Positions 1-15,148 of a DNA stretch of 64,000 nt are shown here, piece after piece. The stretch lies in contig OZ024741.1 of NCBI GenBank assembly GCA_964016885.1, forward strand, positions 271,374,001 through 271,438,000, written 5' to 3'. Source of the stretch: Eledone cirrhosa. Its lineage: Eukaryota. The number at the start of each line of letters is the position of its first letter. The first letter of the stretch is position 1. Below the pieces are notes generated by a model. It was not told where the DNA came from and made no database searches. It saw only the letters and a program-made list of their open reading frames with translations. Made by a program: the position numbers and the translations under genes.

Positions 1-1687
1 CTGCCGATCCAAGAGAGTTATTTGAACGCCATTGGGGAATTATGGCTGATGATTTGAGGCATCATCTTCAGGTCGATGATGCACATTTGATGAAGGCTAT
101 TGTTTTGCTCAATATTGAGCAACTGCTTGAAGTTCATTTGAAATGTTTAACAGATTTCAATTTGCCAATTCCTGATGAAGAAATGCGGCAACGTGTCTTA
201 GCATTGAACATGAGATTGCAGCTTAGACGGTTGCCACTCGATCGGAGGGAACTATTCCAGTTTGATCCACTGGAACAGCAACGTATTGTGGATGAACGTA
301 TGCCAATGTTGACCCAATCTCAGAGAGAATTGGTCGATGGCGTTCTCCACTCGATTTCCACTAATGAGCAACTTTGTGCTTTCATAAATGCTCCAGGAGG
401 CACCGGAAAGACATTCTGTTTCAACACTATGTTATCGGCAGTCAGAGCTCAGAGGAAGATTGCTCTCCCTGTGGCCACCAGTGGGATCGCTGCCACTTTG
501 CTGAGTGGTGGAAGGACCTTCCACTCATGCTTCAAGGTTCCATTGGCTCCGGATGAGTTGAGTGTCTGTAACATTACAGGGCAAAGTGAACTCGCGGGCC
601 TTATACGCAATACGTCTCTGATTATTTGGGACGAGGCTCCAATGGCACACAGATATTTGCTGGAGGCATTGGACAGAACTTTGAGAGATATCTGCGGTAG
701 TGACCTGCCATTCGGTGGTAAGACTATCGTTCTTGATGGCGATTTCAGGCAGGTGCTACCAATTGTTAGGAATGCTCAAAGAGCGCAAATTGTCGATGCT
801 TGTCTGAAAAAGTCCCCGTTGTGGCGCAATTTCAGAGTTTTGCGATTACACGGTAATATGCGACTTCGTATGTTCGGGCAAAACGAAGAGGCTGAGACAT
901 ACGGCCGATGGTTGATGCAGTTGGGAAACGATGAATTGCCACACGTTGCTGATAATCAGAATGTAAGAATCCCAGACCATTTGGTCATGCCACTGGACCG
1001 CCAAGCATTGATTGACTGGGTGTTCCCTAATTTGAATGCTTTTTGGCAGAATATCTCCTGGATATCGGAACGCGTTATTCTAACTCATACGAATGCAACG
1101 GTCGATGAAATAAATTCACAAGTACCCGGAATGTTTCCTGGAGAGGAATGGTTGACCGTCAGTGCGGATGCAATGAAGCCTAATCAGCAGAATAATATGG
1201 ATGTTCCGACTGAGTATCTGAATTCACTTCAAATACCCGGACCCCCCCCCCCCCCCCCTCACATATTTTGAGGCTGAAAAAGGGTATGCCGATTATATTG
1301 CTTAGAAATATCAATCATAAAATGGGTCTTTGCAATGGTACCAGATTGATTGTTGAGAGATTGATTAACGGAAGAGTTTTAGAAGCTAAACTCCCAGGCT
1401 GAGAGGAATCGGTTCTTATTCCGAGGATCATGCTGAGACCAAGTGAAGATCTGCTGCCATTCATTTGGCAAAGGAGACAGTTTCCCGTCAATTTGGCCTT
1501 CTCCGTGACTGTCAGCAAGGCACAGGGACAGACTTTCAAGCGAGTCGGTGTCTACTTGAATGATCCAGCATTCAGCCATGGGCAACTGTATGTTGCTGCA
1601 TCTCGAGTGTGCGATCCTGATGGTGTAAAATTTGCAATTGATACCACTAACAGAGGAACAACCCTTCTTATTATTAATTTTTCTTAA
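1..1687 (+). pseudogene. Helitron RepHel C-terminal PIF1-family helicase, disrupted, 5' end outside window
   Basis: PIF1 motifs APGGTGKTF, ATSGIAATLL-GGRTFHS, IIWDEAPM, GDFRQVLP, LLRNI..MGLCNGTRL, RRQFPVNLAFSVTVSKAQGQT, FSHGQLYVAASRV. Intronless. Frameshift in the poly-C run at ~1242-1258 and an in-frame TGA at 1400-1402. Confidence 0.9.
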
Positions 1688-1879
1688 TATTAATCAACAT
1701 TTGAAAAGATGGCTTTTGCAGACCCATCGAAACCGGTCATTTTTTATACCCTTTATTATTTCCTTACCTTATAAAATTATATGTTTTTTCACAAAAAAGT
1801 ATTGTCTCTTATATATTCCATGTGCCATTACCAACCTCAATTTTCTCTATAACCTTCGTTTTGTGTAGTAAATTACACT

Positions 1880-2365
<486 letters not shown>

Positions 2366-3009
2366 GACTGAGTATTGACGTACTCCCATGTACGTCAATA
2401 CTCATCTTTTTCCATTTCTCCGAGGGTTCTTAACCCCACTATCAGGCTAAATAATTTCTTTAATTTCTTTAATCAAAATACGGCGATAGCTTACATTTCT
2501 AATAATATATATATATATAAGGTAAGTTATTCCGGGTTTTAAGAGAAATATGACAATAATGATTGACACCCAATATTTTGAACTGGTTTATAGAATTCTC
2601 TTGGCCTTTGTCACTCTAAGTAGAGCTTTAAAGAATTAGCTTTTAAAGAATTTCCCTTTTCTTTAAATCGTTCAACCATGACCGACCCACAACCATCTTA
2701 TAGACACCTGAAATATAGGCATTGTTAGCTTAAGAGAAACTTAAAAATAAGGAGTGGTACTCCATTCTGAACCTGTTTATAGAATCCTTTCTGCCTTTGT
2801 CACTCTAAATATAAAATATAGCCTTAAAGAATTAGCTTTTAATGAATTCCCTTTTCTTTCAACCAATGACCTCCCCCCATCCCACTCCCCACCCTCTCCT
2901 ACCACCTGAAAAGATATAAATACCACTACATTTATTTTTGGATGATTATTTCCTGATGATTTCTAAAGAATGAAACAGTTCTAGTCCTGTAGAATCTCAT
3001 CGATATTAA

Positions 3010-3147
<138 letters not shown>

Positions 3148-3202
3148 TGCTTTCAGCTCCCATATATATATATATATATATATCTTCTAATTCCTTTTTT
3201 AA

Positions 3203-3241
<39 letters not shown>

Positions 3242-3256
3242 GAGCTGAAAGCAGAG

Positions 3257-3288
<32 letters not shown>

Positions 3289-3472
3289 CATAGATAGATA
3301 GATAGAGAGAGAGAGAAAGAGGGAGAGAGAGGGACAGAGCGAGAGTCTGCTTTCGTGAGACTATTCATGGGGACTTTCTCAATGCATGGAGAGAGGCAAA
3401 ATTAGTATAGAGATAAATTCTCGACCGCTTGGCGCTGCGGTCACGATGTTACCTCTCTCTCTCTCTCTCTCA

Positions 3473-3541
<69 letters not shown>

Positions 3542-3807
3542 CATAATGGTACTTTTCATTGGTCAGTGTCGGTCTTTCCTGGAACAGCGCAACCGGATGT
3601 TCCTCATTATGACGTCATTGTTGCCGCTCACGCACTTACATAATTGGGTGGCAATGTAAACTGTCTATCTGTCTGTCTGTCTGTCTGTCTCTCTTTCTTT
3701 CTTTCTCTCTTTCTTTCTCCCTCGCCTGGTTTTACAAAAGAAAGCCCTCCCGACATAACAATACCCGTTTGACGGCACTCCTACAACTCCATAAGAAGTT
3801 ACAGGAT

Positions 3808-3997
3808 CGGTGGATTGGCCGTATCAGTAGAGGGTCGGACGCCATGCTTTTCAGCACGGAGTTACGTCCCTTTAGGATCTGAGTTCAAATCCCGCCGAGG
3901 TTAACTTTGCCTTTCATCCTTACTAGGTCGATAAAATGAAGTACCAGTAATGCACTGGTATAATTGCTGGCCTTGTGCCAAAAGTAGAAACAATTAA
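3808..3997 (+). mobile_element. tRNA-derived SINE (abundant family)
   Basis: B-box-like GAGTTCAAATCC, core gcctttcatcct..ggtcgataaaat.aagtaccag, 3' end ttgtgccaaaagtagaaacaatta. Near-identical pieces recur at ~7625-7775(-), 21180-21300(-), 27577-28450(-), 45265-45700(-), 63496-63660(+). Confidence 0.8.
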
Positions 3998-4009
3998 TGA
4001 AACCTTTAC

Positions 4010-4240
4010 TACCGCGTGTTTAGGGTGTTCGGTTTACAATCTTAAGGACACGAGTTCGATTCCCGCCGGATAGTTCGTTGTATCCTTGAACAAGACTTTA
4101 ATTCATGTTGTTCTATAACATTCCACTCAACTCGGAAATAAATGTGTTGTACCTGCAATTCAAAGGGCCACTGTTTCACACTGAATCTCCCTGAGAACTA
4201 TGTTCTGGGTTCACGTGTCTGAGGAATGCTCAACCACTTA
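4010..4240 (+). mobile_element. Second tRNA-derived SINE family
   Basis: B-box gagttcgattccc, then tccttgaacaagac, and 3' ctgaatctccctgagaac..cacgtgtctg..gaatgctca shared with 9200-10665. Confidence 0.65.
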
Positions 4241-4517
4241 TACTATAATATCAGATGGACTGTAGTTGTAATTTAAAGGGACAGCTTTGTCATACATTGT
4301 GTCACACTGAATCTCATTCCTGATAATTATATTATGGGAGCACGTGTCTGAGAGAGAGGAAGATAAAGAGAGAAGGGGAGAGAGAGGGAGACAGTCAGAG
4401 ACAGAGTGACAGAGGGACCGAGAGGGATAGGAGAGAGTGAGAGACAGAGAGAGACAGACCGACAGAAAGACAGAGAGACAGACAGAGAGACAGACAGACA
4501 AACAGAGAGAGAGAGAG

Positions 4518-4571
<54 letters not shown>

Positions 4572-4814
4572 TGCGAGATGGAAGAAAAAAGTACTGGGAA
4601 GAAGAGAAGCGAAGTAAGAAAGAGATATAGAGGAAGTATCTACCCCAGAAGTGTAACGGTACTTTATTAATCGACCACGAAAGGATGATAATAAAAAATG
4701 ACCTCGGTGGGATTTTGATCTCAGAGAGCAGAGAGACAGGTCACATCTACTCTCTTTAACGACTCAGAAAACCAAACATACATCTGCCATTGGTCCAGGA
4801 CAGCTGTAAGGTCT

Positions 4815-5635
4815 GTTATGTCATCTGTTGTGTCGTCTGCCGTATCGTCTGTTATGTCGTCTGTTGTGTCCTTTTTGTGTTATCTGTTGAGTCATCTGCT
4901 CTGTCATCTGCTCTGTCGTCTGCCGTATCGTCTACTGTGTCATCTGCTCTGTCGTCTGCCGTATCGTCTACTGTGTCATCTGCTCTGTCGTCTGCCGTAT
5001 CGTCTACTGTGTCATCTGCTCTGACGTCTGCCGTATCGTCTACCATGTCATCTGCTCTGTCGTCTGCCGTATCGTCTGCTGTGTCATCTGTTGTATCGTC
5101 TACCGTATCGTCTACTGTGTCATCTGTTGTGCCGTCTGCTGTATCGTCTGCTGTGCCATCTGCTCTGTCGTGTGCCGTTTCGTCTGCTGTGTCATCTGCT
5201 CTGTCGTCTGCCGTATCGTCTGCCATGTCATCTGTTGTGTCGTCTGCTGTATCGTCTACTGTGTCATCTTCTCTGTCGTCTGCCGTATCGTCTGCCATGT
5301 CATCTGCTCTGTCGTCTGCCGTATCGTCTACTGTGTCATCTACTCTGTCGTCTGCGATGTCATCTGCTCTGTCGTCTGCTGTGTCATATGCTGTATCGTC
5401 TGCCGTATCGTCTGCCATGTAATCTGTTGCGTCGTCTGCTGTATCGTCTACTGTGTCATCTGCTCTATCGTCTGCTGTATCGTCTACTGTGTCATCTGCT
5501 CTGTCGTCTGCCGTATCGTCTGCTCTGTCATCTGCTCTGTCGTCTGCCGTATCGTCTGCTGTGTCATCTGCTCTGTCGTCTGCCGTATCGTCTGCTGTGT
5601 CATCTGCTCTGTCGTCTGCCGTATCGTCTGCTAAG
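4815..5635. repeat. 12-bp-based minisatellite (TCTGCTGTGTCA / TCTGCCGTATCG variants, 36-bp higher order)
   Basis: Direct reading; open in several frames only because the unit is a multiple of 3 and lacks stops. Confidence 0.9.
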
Positions 5636-6012
5636 TCATGAATTATCGCAAGACAAATGTTTTCATATCAGATTCATCTGATACACTAATGAATCATCGA
5701 AAGTGAAAGTTCGTTCTCGTTAATGACTTTTCAGCTTCTATCATCTGATTAACGAGACAAACATGAAACTGAATTTCAATTAAGTAACATTTACATGCAC
5801 GGAGCCACACACTTATTATACAAACACATACACACTTACATAGACACTGGCATACATACACACACTTACACACATACACACACACACACACACACACATA
5901 CACACATACACACACACACAGACACATGCTTATTTATATAAACACACAGATACACTTACATAAACTGACATACATACACACACTTACATAGACACTGACA
6001 TACATACACACT

Positions 6013-6051
<39 letters not shown>

Positions 6052-6457
6052 ACACACACACAGACACACAGGCACATGCTTATTTATACAAACACACACA
6101 CATACACACACATACAGACACACACAGTTACACACACATACAGACAGAGACAGTTACACACAGACACACACACAGATACAGACAGTTACATACATATAGA
6201 AACAAATATAGACACACATACACACACTCATACAAGCACACAGTTACACACACACACATACAGTTACACACACACACACTCACACATTCACCGTTTTAAT
6301 GGCGTTAGTTCATTGTTTCATACATTAGCGGAATAAATGTCATATTTTATACTTAGATACTTTGTATGCTCATGTGTGTGTGGATGTGTGTGTCTATGCA
6401 AGTGTCTGTGTATGCATATGTGCATGTATGGATCTGTGTATTTTATATGCATATATG

Positions 6458-6502
<45 letters not shown>

Positions 6503-6537
6503 GTGTGTGTATGTATATATGTATATATATATACATA

Positions 6538-6632
<95 letters not shown>

Positions 6633-6664
6633 TATATTTATATGTATATATGTATATATAATAT

Positions 6665-7269
6665 GTCAGGTCACCAGTTGGTGCTACTGGTAACATGTAT
6701 CCCAGTACAACCTGTCTCATGGTCGGGTCGTTGGCGACTAAACTGGCAACCCCACCAAGGTTTCTTGGTGAGGAAGGTGACTTTGGACATCCTGCAGGAC
6801 TAAAAAGAAAATCTGTCAAAGGGCAAAGGAGCTCTTAAGAGTCAATGGCCATCCAAAATCACTGGGAGAGATGACCCCTTAGCCTTTGTCAAGGCAGAAT
6901 TCTAGGAGAAGGAAAACTCTGATATAACACCTGCAACTCTGATGGTATCCAATGATGTTGACTTGTTCTTCTTTTTGGTAAATATCATCTTGGTTAAGAG
7001 AGTGGGACTGGCTTTGTGCAGTGCCTTTGCTCACTATAAAACTTCACGGCACAGGCATTGCTATTTATCTGGAGATCTCTCTGCACTTGTCATCACATGG
7101 TACCATGGGCCCAGCACTATGTGTCAATAATTGTCACAAGTGTAGTGTTTGTACCAGAGTTTTCAAGTCGCTGGCTGGACTAAAAAGTCACACTCGTTCA
7201 ACGCATCAGTAGGGGTTCTTCTACATGGATATAAAGTAGTGGCCGTACTCGAAAACGAGTTGGCAGCCA

Positions 7270-7273
<4 letters not shown>
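6665..7273 (+). mobile_element. ~600 bp non-autonomous RTE-derived retroposon with C2H2 zinc-finger remnant
   Basis: Near-identical copies at 18244-18829(+), 29268-29877(-) and partial 30320-30501(-). The 3' part reads CHKCSVCTRVFKSLAGLKSHTRSTH, followed by ggcagccaccat and a (TA)n or (TATG)n tail, as in RTE 3' ends. Confidence 0.75.
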
Positions 7274-7332
<59 letters not shown>

Positions 7333-7484
7333 TATATTCATCTAGGTTTGTTGGTTCACCACTGGATAGAACTGGTCATTCCGTATAGTCATCCGTGATG
7401 TAATATTAGGAAAAGCATTCGACGTTATGCAACGCATCCATCTTCGTTTACCCTTATTCCTTTATTATATAACCTTTATACAAT

Positions 7485-7546
7485 AAACATCTGATGATGT
7501 CACCAGGATCCTACGGAACTTAGTCATTGAAATATGCATAGTGTTT
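7485..7546 (+). ncRNA. Putative minimal type I hammerhead ribozyme
   Basis: aaacat-CTGATGA-(imperfect stem II)-GAAA-tatgca-TA-gtgttt; stem I aaacat/gtgttt. Degenerate relative at ~36016-36075. Confidence 0.5.
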
Positions 7547-7798
7547 GCTATAGTAAATCTTTGAAGGAATTTCACCAGTCCGGCCTCCTGTCATTTTACT
7601 CAATAATAATAATAATAATAATAATAATAATTGTTTCTACTTTTGGCACAAGGCCAGCAATTACCCAGTGCATTACTGGTACTTTATTTTATCGACCTCG
7701 TAAGGATGAAAGGCAAAGTTAACCTCGACGGGATTTGAACTCAGACCATAAAGGGCCGTAACTCTATACTGCAATAATATATATATATATATGCATTA

Positions 7799-7864
<66 letters not shown>

Positions 7865-7876
7865 TTATGTATGTAT

Positions 7877-8392
7877 GTCAGGTCTCTCTCGGGTGCTACT
7901 GTTAACATGTAACCCAGTACAACCTGTCTTATGGTCGGGTTTTCGGTGATTAAACCGGCAACCCTACCAAGCTAGCTTGGTGAAGAGGGTGAGATTTGGA
8001 CACCCTGCGGGATAAAATAGAAGACCCAGTAAAGAGAGGAGGAACCCAGCAGAGTCAACGGCCATCCAAATAGTACTAGTACTTTTTTTTACCTGGGAGT
8101 GAAAGGCCCCCAGTTGTTGTTTCTAGGAGAGGGAAACTATGAAAAAAAACCTGCGGCTTCGGAAGCATCCGATGATTTTGACCAGTTATCCTTTTCGGGT
8201 AGTGTTTTTGATGCTCAAAGCGTGGGATTGATCGAGTACAAGGCCTTTCCCAACTTAAAAAATCTTCAAAGCGCAGGCATTGCTTGTTCAGGATCTGTTA
8301 CAGGTTTGTGTGGCTGGCCGTAGCCTAAAAGTACACCAAACTCAACAATCTGACAAGCAATTGCAGTACTCTTAGCAGAGTTCGCAGCCATC

Positions 8393-8393
<1 letters not shown>
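7877..8393 (+). mobile_element. Diverged subfamily of the RTE-derived retroposon
   Basis: Colinear with 6665-7273 (gtcaggtc...aacatgta.cccagtacaacctgtct.atggtcggg...gcagccatcat) with a (TATG)n tail. Another relative at ~19447-19983. Confidence 0.65.
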
Positions 8394-8425
<32 letters not shown>

Positions 8426-8491
8426 TGTATGTATGTATGTATGTATGTATGTATGTATGTATGTATGTATGTATGTATGTATGTATGTATG

Positions 8492-9125
8492 TTCTTCTGG
8501 TTTTATAATTTCACAAATTTTTGCCAATAGAGAGTCGGTTTCTAACATAGATACAAGACTCTCTCATTGAATTTACACAACATCAACTAGGTAGATATGT
8601 CTGCATGCCTGCGTGCATGCGTGTGTGTGTGCAAGTGTGGATGTTATTGTTTGTGTGGATGTGTATGGTTTGAGTTGTATGTGTGCATGTGCATACGCGT
8701 ATCTGTACATGTGTATATGCAGTTATTAGATGCAAAATTTTTGGAATGTTTTACATATTCTTACTGTTCCATTAATGGATTGTACTTGTAATTTCCTAAC
8801 TAGTTGTGTTTTTTCTGTTCCTGTGAAGCCTAGCTTCTCAAGATTTGTATTGAGGCAGTTACTAACATATCCCAGTGCCCCAATAATCACAGGTATAAAT
8901 CTGAAGATATAGTCAGGGTTGAGTATCTGCAGATTTCTCATTAGTTCTGCATAGATATTCTCCTTTTCGCTAATCTTTGATATTATATTGGCATCTGTTG
9001 GGTAGCTAACTTCCACTACTGAGCATGCCTTCTTTTCTCTCTCCCATACCATTAAATCTAGTCTGTTATTCCTGAATTTTATTGGGGTTTTGACTGGAAC
9101 ATTCCACCAGTACTCTTTCATATTA
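8492..9125 (-). mobile_element. 3' end of an RLE-type (R4/Dong/NeSL-like) non-LTR retrotransposon
   Basis: ORF 8726-9121: R(P>L)DLMVWE..CSVVEVS.P.D..KENIY..L..FIPVIIGALG (restriction-like endonuclease) plus a 3' UTR. Flanked on both sides by (TATG)n. Confidence 0.8.
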
Positions 9126-9256
9126 TGTATGTATGTATGTATGCATGTATGTATGTATAGAATTGTAGAGGTTGTAAAGATTAGCTTATTAGTTGTTAGT
9201 TTTCGGCCGGCAATCCACAGGTCGTGACTTCCATTCTAGACGGATGTCCACGTGTC

Positions 9257-10565
9257 GTGTTCTTGAACAAGACACTATATTTCACATTGTGTTCTTGAAC
9301 ACGACACTATATTTCACATTGTGTTCTTGAACACGACACTATATTTCACATTGTGTTCTTGAACACGACACTATATTTCACATTGTGTTCTTGAACAAGA
9401 CACTATATTTTACATTGTGTTCTTGAGCAAGACACTATATTTCACGTTGTGTTCTTGAACAAGACACTATATTTCACATTGTATCCTTGAACAAGACACT
9501 ATATTTCACATTGTGTCCTTGAACACGACACTATATTTCACATTGTATCCTTGAACAAGACACTATATTTCACATTGTGTCCTTGAACAAGACACTATAT
9601 TTCACATTGTATCCTTGAACAAGACACTATATTTCACATTGTGTCCTTGAACAAGACACTATATTTCACATTGTGTTCTTGAACACGACACTATATTTCA
9701 CATTGTATCCTTGAGCAAGACACTATATTTCACATTGTGTCCTTGAACAAGACACTATATTTCACATTGTGTTCTTGAACACGACACTATATTTCACATT
9801 GTATCCTTGAGCAAGACACTATATTTCACATTGTGTCCTTGAACAAGACACTATATTTCACATTGTATCCTTGAACAAGATACTATATTTCACATTGTGT
9901 CCTTGAACAAGACACTATATTTCACATTGTGTTCTTGAACACGACACTATATTTCACATTGTGTCCTTGAACAAGACACTATATTTCACATTGTGTCCTT
10001 GAACAAGACACTATATTTCACATTGTGTTCTTGAGCAAGACACTATATTTCACATTGTATTCTTGAGCAAGACACTATATTTCAGATTGTGTTCTTGAGC
10101 AAGACACTACATTTCACATTGTATTCTTGAGCAAGACACTATATTTCACATTGTGTTCTTGAGCAAGACACTACATTTCACATTGTGTTCTTGAGCAAGA
10201 CACTATATTTCACATTGTGTTCTTGAGCAAGACACTATATTTCACATTGTGTTCTTGAACAAGACACTATATTTCACATTGTGCTCTTGAACAAGACACT
10301 TGATTTCACATTGTGTCCTTGAACACGACACTATATTTCACATTGTGTCCTTGAACAAGACACAATATTTCACATTGTGTCCTTGAACAAGACACTATAT
10401 TTCACATTGTGTTCTTGAACAAGACATTATACTTCACATTGTGTCCTTGAACAAGACACTATATTTCACATTGTGTGCTTGAGCAAGACACTTTATTTCA
10501 CATTGTGTTCGTGAACAAGACACTATACTTCACATTGTGTCCTTGAATAAGACACTTTATTTCAC
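9257..10565. repeat. 31-bp minisatellite (~42 copies) expanded inside a SINE
   Basis: Unit gtgtccttgaacaagacactatatttcacatt. Both flanks match the SINE family at 4010-4240. Confidence 0.9.
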
Positions 10566-11121
10566 GTCACTCTAATCCACAAAGCTAGAAAAACTAGTGT
10601 TACGCTGAATCTCCCTGAGAATTACGTTAAGGGTACACGTGTCTGTGGAATGCTCATCCACTTACAATAAAGTTCCAGTTAAGTACAAGTGAAGTACTAG
10701 TGTCGATTTAATCGACTTTCCCTTTCCCCTCAAAATTGCAGACGTAAATTAAAAATCAATATTGAGAGGGTAAAGAACGATATTTTGGCAGAATCGGTAG
10801 AGCGTCATGTAAAATGCCATTGTGGTTTTGACTTTTTACATTCTGAGTTCGAGCCTCACCGAGGTCAACTTTGCCTTTCGTCCGGGGTCGATAAACTAAA
10901 ATACCACTCATATCCTGGAGATGATATAATCAACTTTCCCCCTTCCGAAAATATGCTGACCTTGTACCAAAAATAAAAATCACCATTTAGAAGGGGTTAA
11001 AATGCTGTTTAGGTAAGTCTTCTCTCTTTACATTCTGAGTTCAAAGCTTGGTTAACTTTGCTTTTCGTCCTTTCAAGGTCATTGAAAAAAGTATCAGTCT
11101 AGTACAGGATCTATACCTCCT

Positions 11122-11173
<52 letters not shown>

Positions 11174-11203
11174 CTCTCTCTCCCTCTCTCTCTATCTCGC
11201 TCG

Positions 11204-11323
<120 letters not shown>

Positions 11324-11418
11324 TCTCTCTCTCCTTATTTGAAAACAATCAAAAATTAGCAGTCCATACATACATTACGAAACACACACACGCACACGCA
11401 CACATACACATACATATA

Positions 11419-11479
<61 letters not shown>

Positions 11480-11506
11480 TTCACACATATATACATATGT
11501 GTATAA

Positions 11507-11592
<86 letters not shown>

Positions 11593-11595
11593 ATG

Positions 11596-11670
<75 letters not shown>

Positions 11671-12011
11671 TGTCAGTGTATTATATACTGACAAAAAAAA
11701 ACCCAGCCCGGAGAGCGTCGGTTTTTCAGCCAGTTACTAATAAAATGTGGAATGTAACCGTAAGAACAACAACAACAACATCAACAAAAAACTGAGAAAG
11801 CAGAAGGTTTATTAAGTAAAGGTGCCTATTAGTTGCTGTCAGAGACATTCCTTAAGAGATAAGACTATGCGCTGTGACAGTTAACATCTTACATCGTTTG
11901 ACATTGTTCGCCATGTCTACTGACATATGAAATATTTAACAACAAATGGCGTTTGTGTCTATGAATGTCATGTATGTAGGTATGTATATATGTGTATATA
12001 TATATATTGTA

Positions 12012-12087
<76 letters not shown>

Positions 12088-12187
12088 ATATATATTGTAT
12101 ATATGTATGTGTGTATATATATATATACATACATATGTATAATGAAATAAATATGGTTTTATCAATATAGTTTCCATTTGTTAATAT

Positions 12188-12242
<55 letters not shown>

Positions 12243-12249
<7 letters not shown>

Positions 12250-12541
12250 TAACAGATTAAAGTTTAAGCAAAGAATCGCTGCTTTCACCCTTAACGGGAT
12301 CTTCTGAAACTAACAAAGTCAATATGTGAACGCGGAAGTGAATATTTCAAAAAACGTTGCAACCGGAGGAAGACAGGAAGGCGATACTTTGATTCGTAAA
12401 AACGTTCCCTGGCAAAGAACGGGAAAAAACGAATATAATACGTCATTATTTGGAGCGGTGAAAAACAATTACACGCAAAGACAAAACCACGTTTATGGTA
12501 TATAAGAAGTCGTAGACTAATATTCTATTAAGTGGTTCATA
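12243..12541 (-). mobile_element. Inverted copy of the PLE 3' terminal region (pseudo-LTR)
   Basis: Reverse complement of 15008-15147 and of ~21898-22130 (tatgaaccac.taatagaatattagtctacgac...taatctgttattttaat). Confidence 0.75.
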
Positions 12542-12579
12542 TTGTATATATAAATATGTGTGTGTGTATATATATATAT

Positions 12580-12667
<88 letters not shown>

Positions 12668-12808
12668 TATATATATATAGTAATAATAATAAATTTGAAG
12701 ACTAAAATCCAAAGAGGGCTCGATAAGGATAAATATATATCAAATATATAAGAACCGTAGAGCAAATATTTATTAAAATAACAGATTAAAGTTTAAGCAA
12801 AGAATCGC

Positions 12809-12897
<89 letters not shown>

Positions 12898-12980
12898 ATG
12901 CTTTGGGAGGGTCATGTTGCCAATAAAGAATCTTGCTAAACAAATTCAGAAACGAAATATATATATATATATATATATAT

Positions 12981-14581
12981 AGTACCCCCATTTGACGTGA
13001 GTATGGGCGCCAGCGATTCTGCGGAGGTTACTGATCTTATCGGCCTTTTCCTTCTTTTCTCTGTCAAGGAAGAATTCCCCAACGTGGGCGGTGGTTTGTA
13101 CCGTGATGATGGTCTTTTGACCATGACTAAGTGCGGCCCACGTGCTTGCGACAGGTTCAGAAAAGAACTCACAGCCTTCTTTAAAGGCTTCAACCTCTCC
13201 ATACAGGTTGAGGCCAACCTCTCGGTCGTTAATTACCTCGACGTTACCCTCAATTTATCGAATGGCTTGCAGTACCCGTATATAAAGCCGAATGATACGC
13301 TTAATTACATAAGTAAGCATTCTAACCATCCTGCCAGCATAACCAAGAACCTGGTAAGTAACGTTTCTTTGAGGCTTTCCCGTCTATCTACTAACGAGCA
13401 TATTTTCAACGACCATTCCACATATTACAATGAAGCTCTTGCTCGGAGTGGATTTGACGATAAGGTAGCATATACAGAGTACGAGAATAGACCTAGAAGA
13501 AATAGATCCCGACGCATTATATGGTATAACCCACCATATAATATGGAGGTGGCCACACCATTAGATAAGATCTTTCTCTCCCTTATTGTGAAGCATTTTC
13601 CCCTACACATAAATATAGTAAAGTTTTTAATAGAAATACTATTAAAATGTCTTACTCTACGACTCCTAATCTTGCACATAACATCACAGCTTCAAATTTA
13701 GCTAAACTACCTAGCCGTAGGAACACGTGCAACTCTGTAGTTAGTATTAACTGTAATTGTAGGAATCGGGTTGACTGCCCCCTATCCGGGAAATGCCCCT
13801 CTAGTAACATTGTCTACAAATGTAAGGTTGAAACACCCACATCCCGTAGGGCCTACATAGGGTTAACCGACAATAGATTCAAGCAGCGTCTTTACATGCA
13901 TACCCATTCTTTTCGTTACCCTTTAAGAAGGAATATGACGTCACTTTCAACTTATATCTGGAGTCTAAAAGACAACCACACCCAATACAAGTTACACTGG
14001 GAGATCCTAGCTAGGGCTAGATCGTATAACGGAAATAAAAGATCATGTGACCTCTGCGCCGATGAGGCCCTAGAAATACTCTACGCTCAAGACCACATCT
14101 TAAACAAAATATCTGAGGCAATTTCGGCTTGTAAACAAAAATTGTTCAAAACTTTCCTGTATTACAGCCCCACATTATACCCTAACGGATAGTACGAACT
14201 ATACGCAGATATTTTACGTCTTGATGTGGTAGCTAAGTATATGTTATGTTTATTCATTACTTATTTATATAGGTAAGTATATATTACCTGTATGTTTTGT
14301 GAAGGTACGTATACTTTCTCGTACGTATATTTGATTGTATATGTTATGGCGTATATATTATTTTTTCTGGTACATATGCTTTTGGTTATGTGTATACGTG
14401 AGTTTTGCGTCTGTGTGAGTATGCGGGTTCGTACATATGTAGGCCATGTGTATATGTGTACTTCGTGTTTTGGTTGACATCGTCTCCGAACATAAGTGTA
14501 TTTACATGTAGGTATGTGTGTGCGCTTGTTATATACGTATTTATTTATTTATATACGTTTATTTAATTATATGTATACACG

Positions 14582-14620
<39 letters not shown>

Positions 14621-15148
14621 TTTTAATATATATTTTTATATGTATTTGGTGTATACAGTCGTATGCGTGTGGGTACAGGCGGTGCGTGGGTTCTGTATGT
14701 GCCTGTAGTTATTTTTTTGTGTGTACGTGCGTGTATTTGTATACCTATGGCGAGTGTTTTCGCGTATGCTTGTGATTGTACGTATATGGATGCGTGTATT
14801 TATTTATTTATTTCATTTACCTCTCTATTTTATTTACTTTATTCTTAACACTGAAACCGAGAATCATTCGGTTTCCTAGTTTGAATTTTAGTCTACGACT
14901 CCAGTTATACTATTTACGTGGTTTTGTCTTTGCGTGCAATTGTTCTCCTCGTTCCACATATGACGTATTATCTTCGTTTTTTCCGCTCATTGCCAGAGAA
15001 CGTCTCTATGAACCACCTAATAGAATATTAGTCTACGACTTCTTTTATACCATAAACGTGGTTTTGTCTGCGTATAATTGTTTTTCAGCGCTCCAAATAA
15101 TGACGTATTATATTCGTTTTTTCCCGTTTTTAATCTGTTATTTTAATA

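Noticed and set aside
42-1687. Host PIF1 gene, or programmed frameshift/readthrough
   Set aside because: Intronless with Helitron-type motifs; the homopolymer indel (possibly a sequencing error) and a likely CGA>TGA change fit decay.
3808-3900. tRNA gene
   Set aside because: Only box-like motifs without a full cloverleaf; continues into a multi-copy SINE body.
4790-5681. Ser/Ala-rich, Asp-rich or Cys-rich protein
   Set aside because: Overlapping ORFs in several frames from a 12-bp minisatellite; no splice or domain support.
9257-10565. CRISPR-like 31-bp repeats
   Set aside because: No spacers; the unit derives from a SINE interior.
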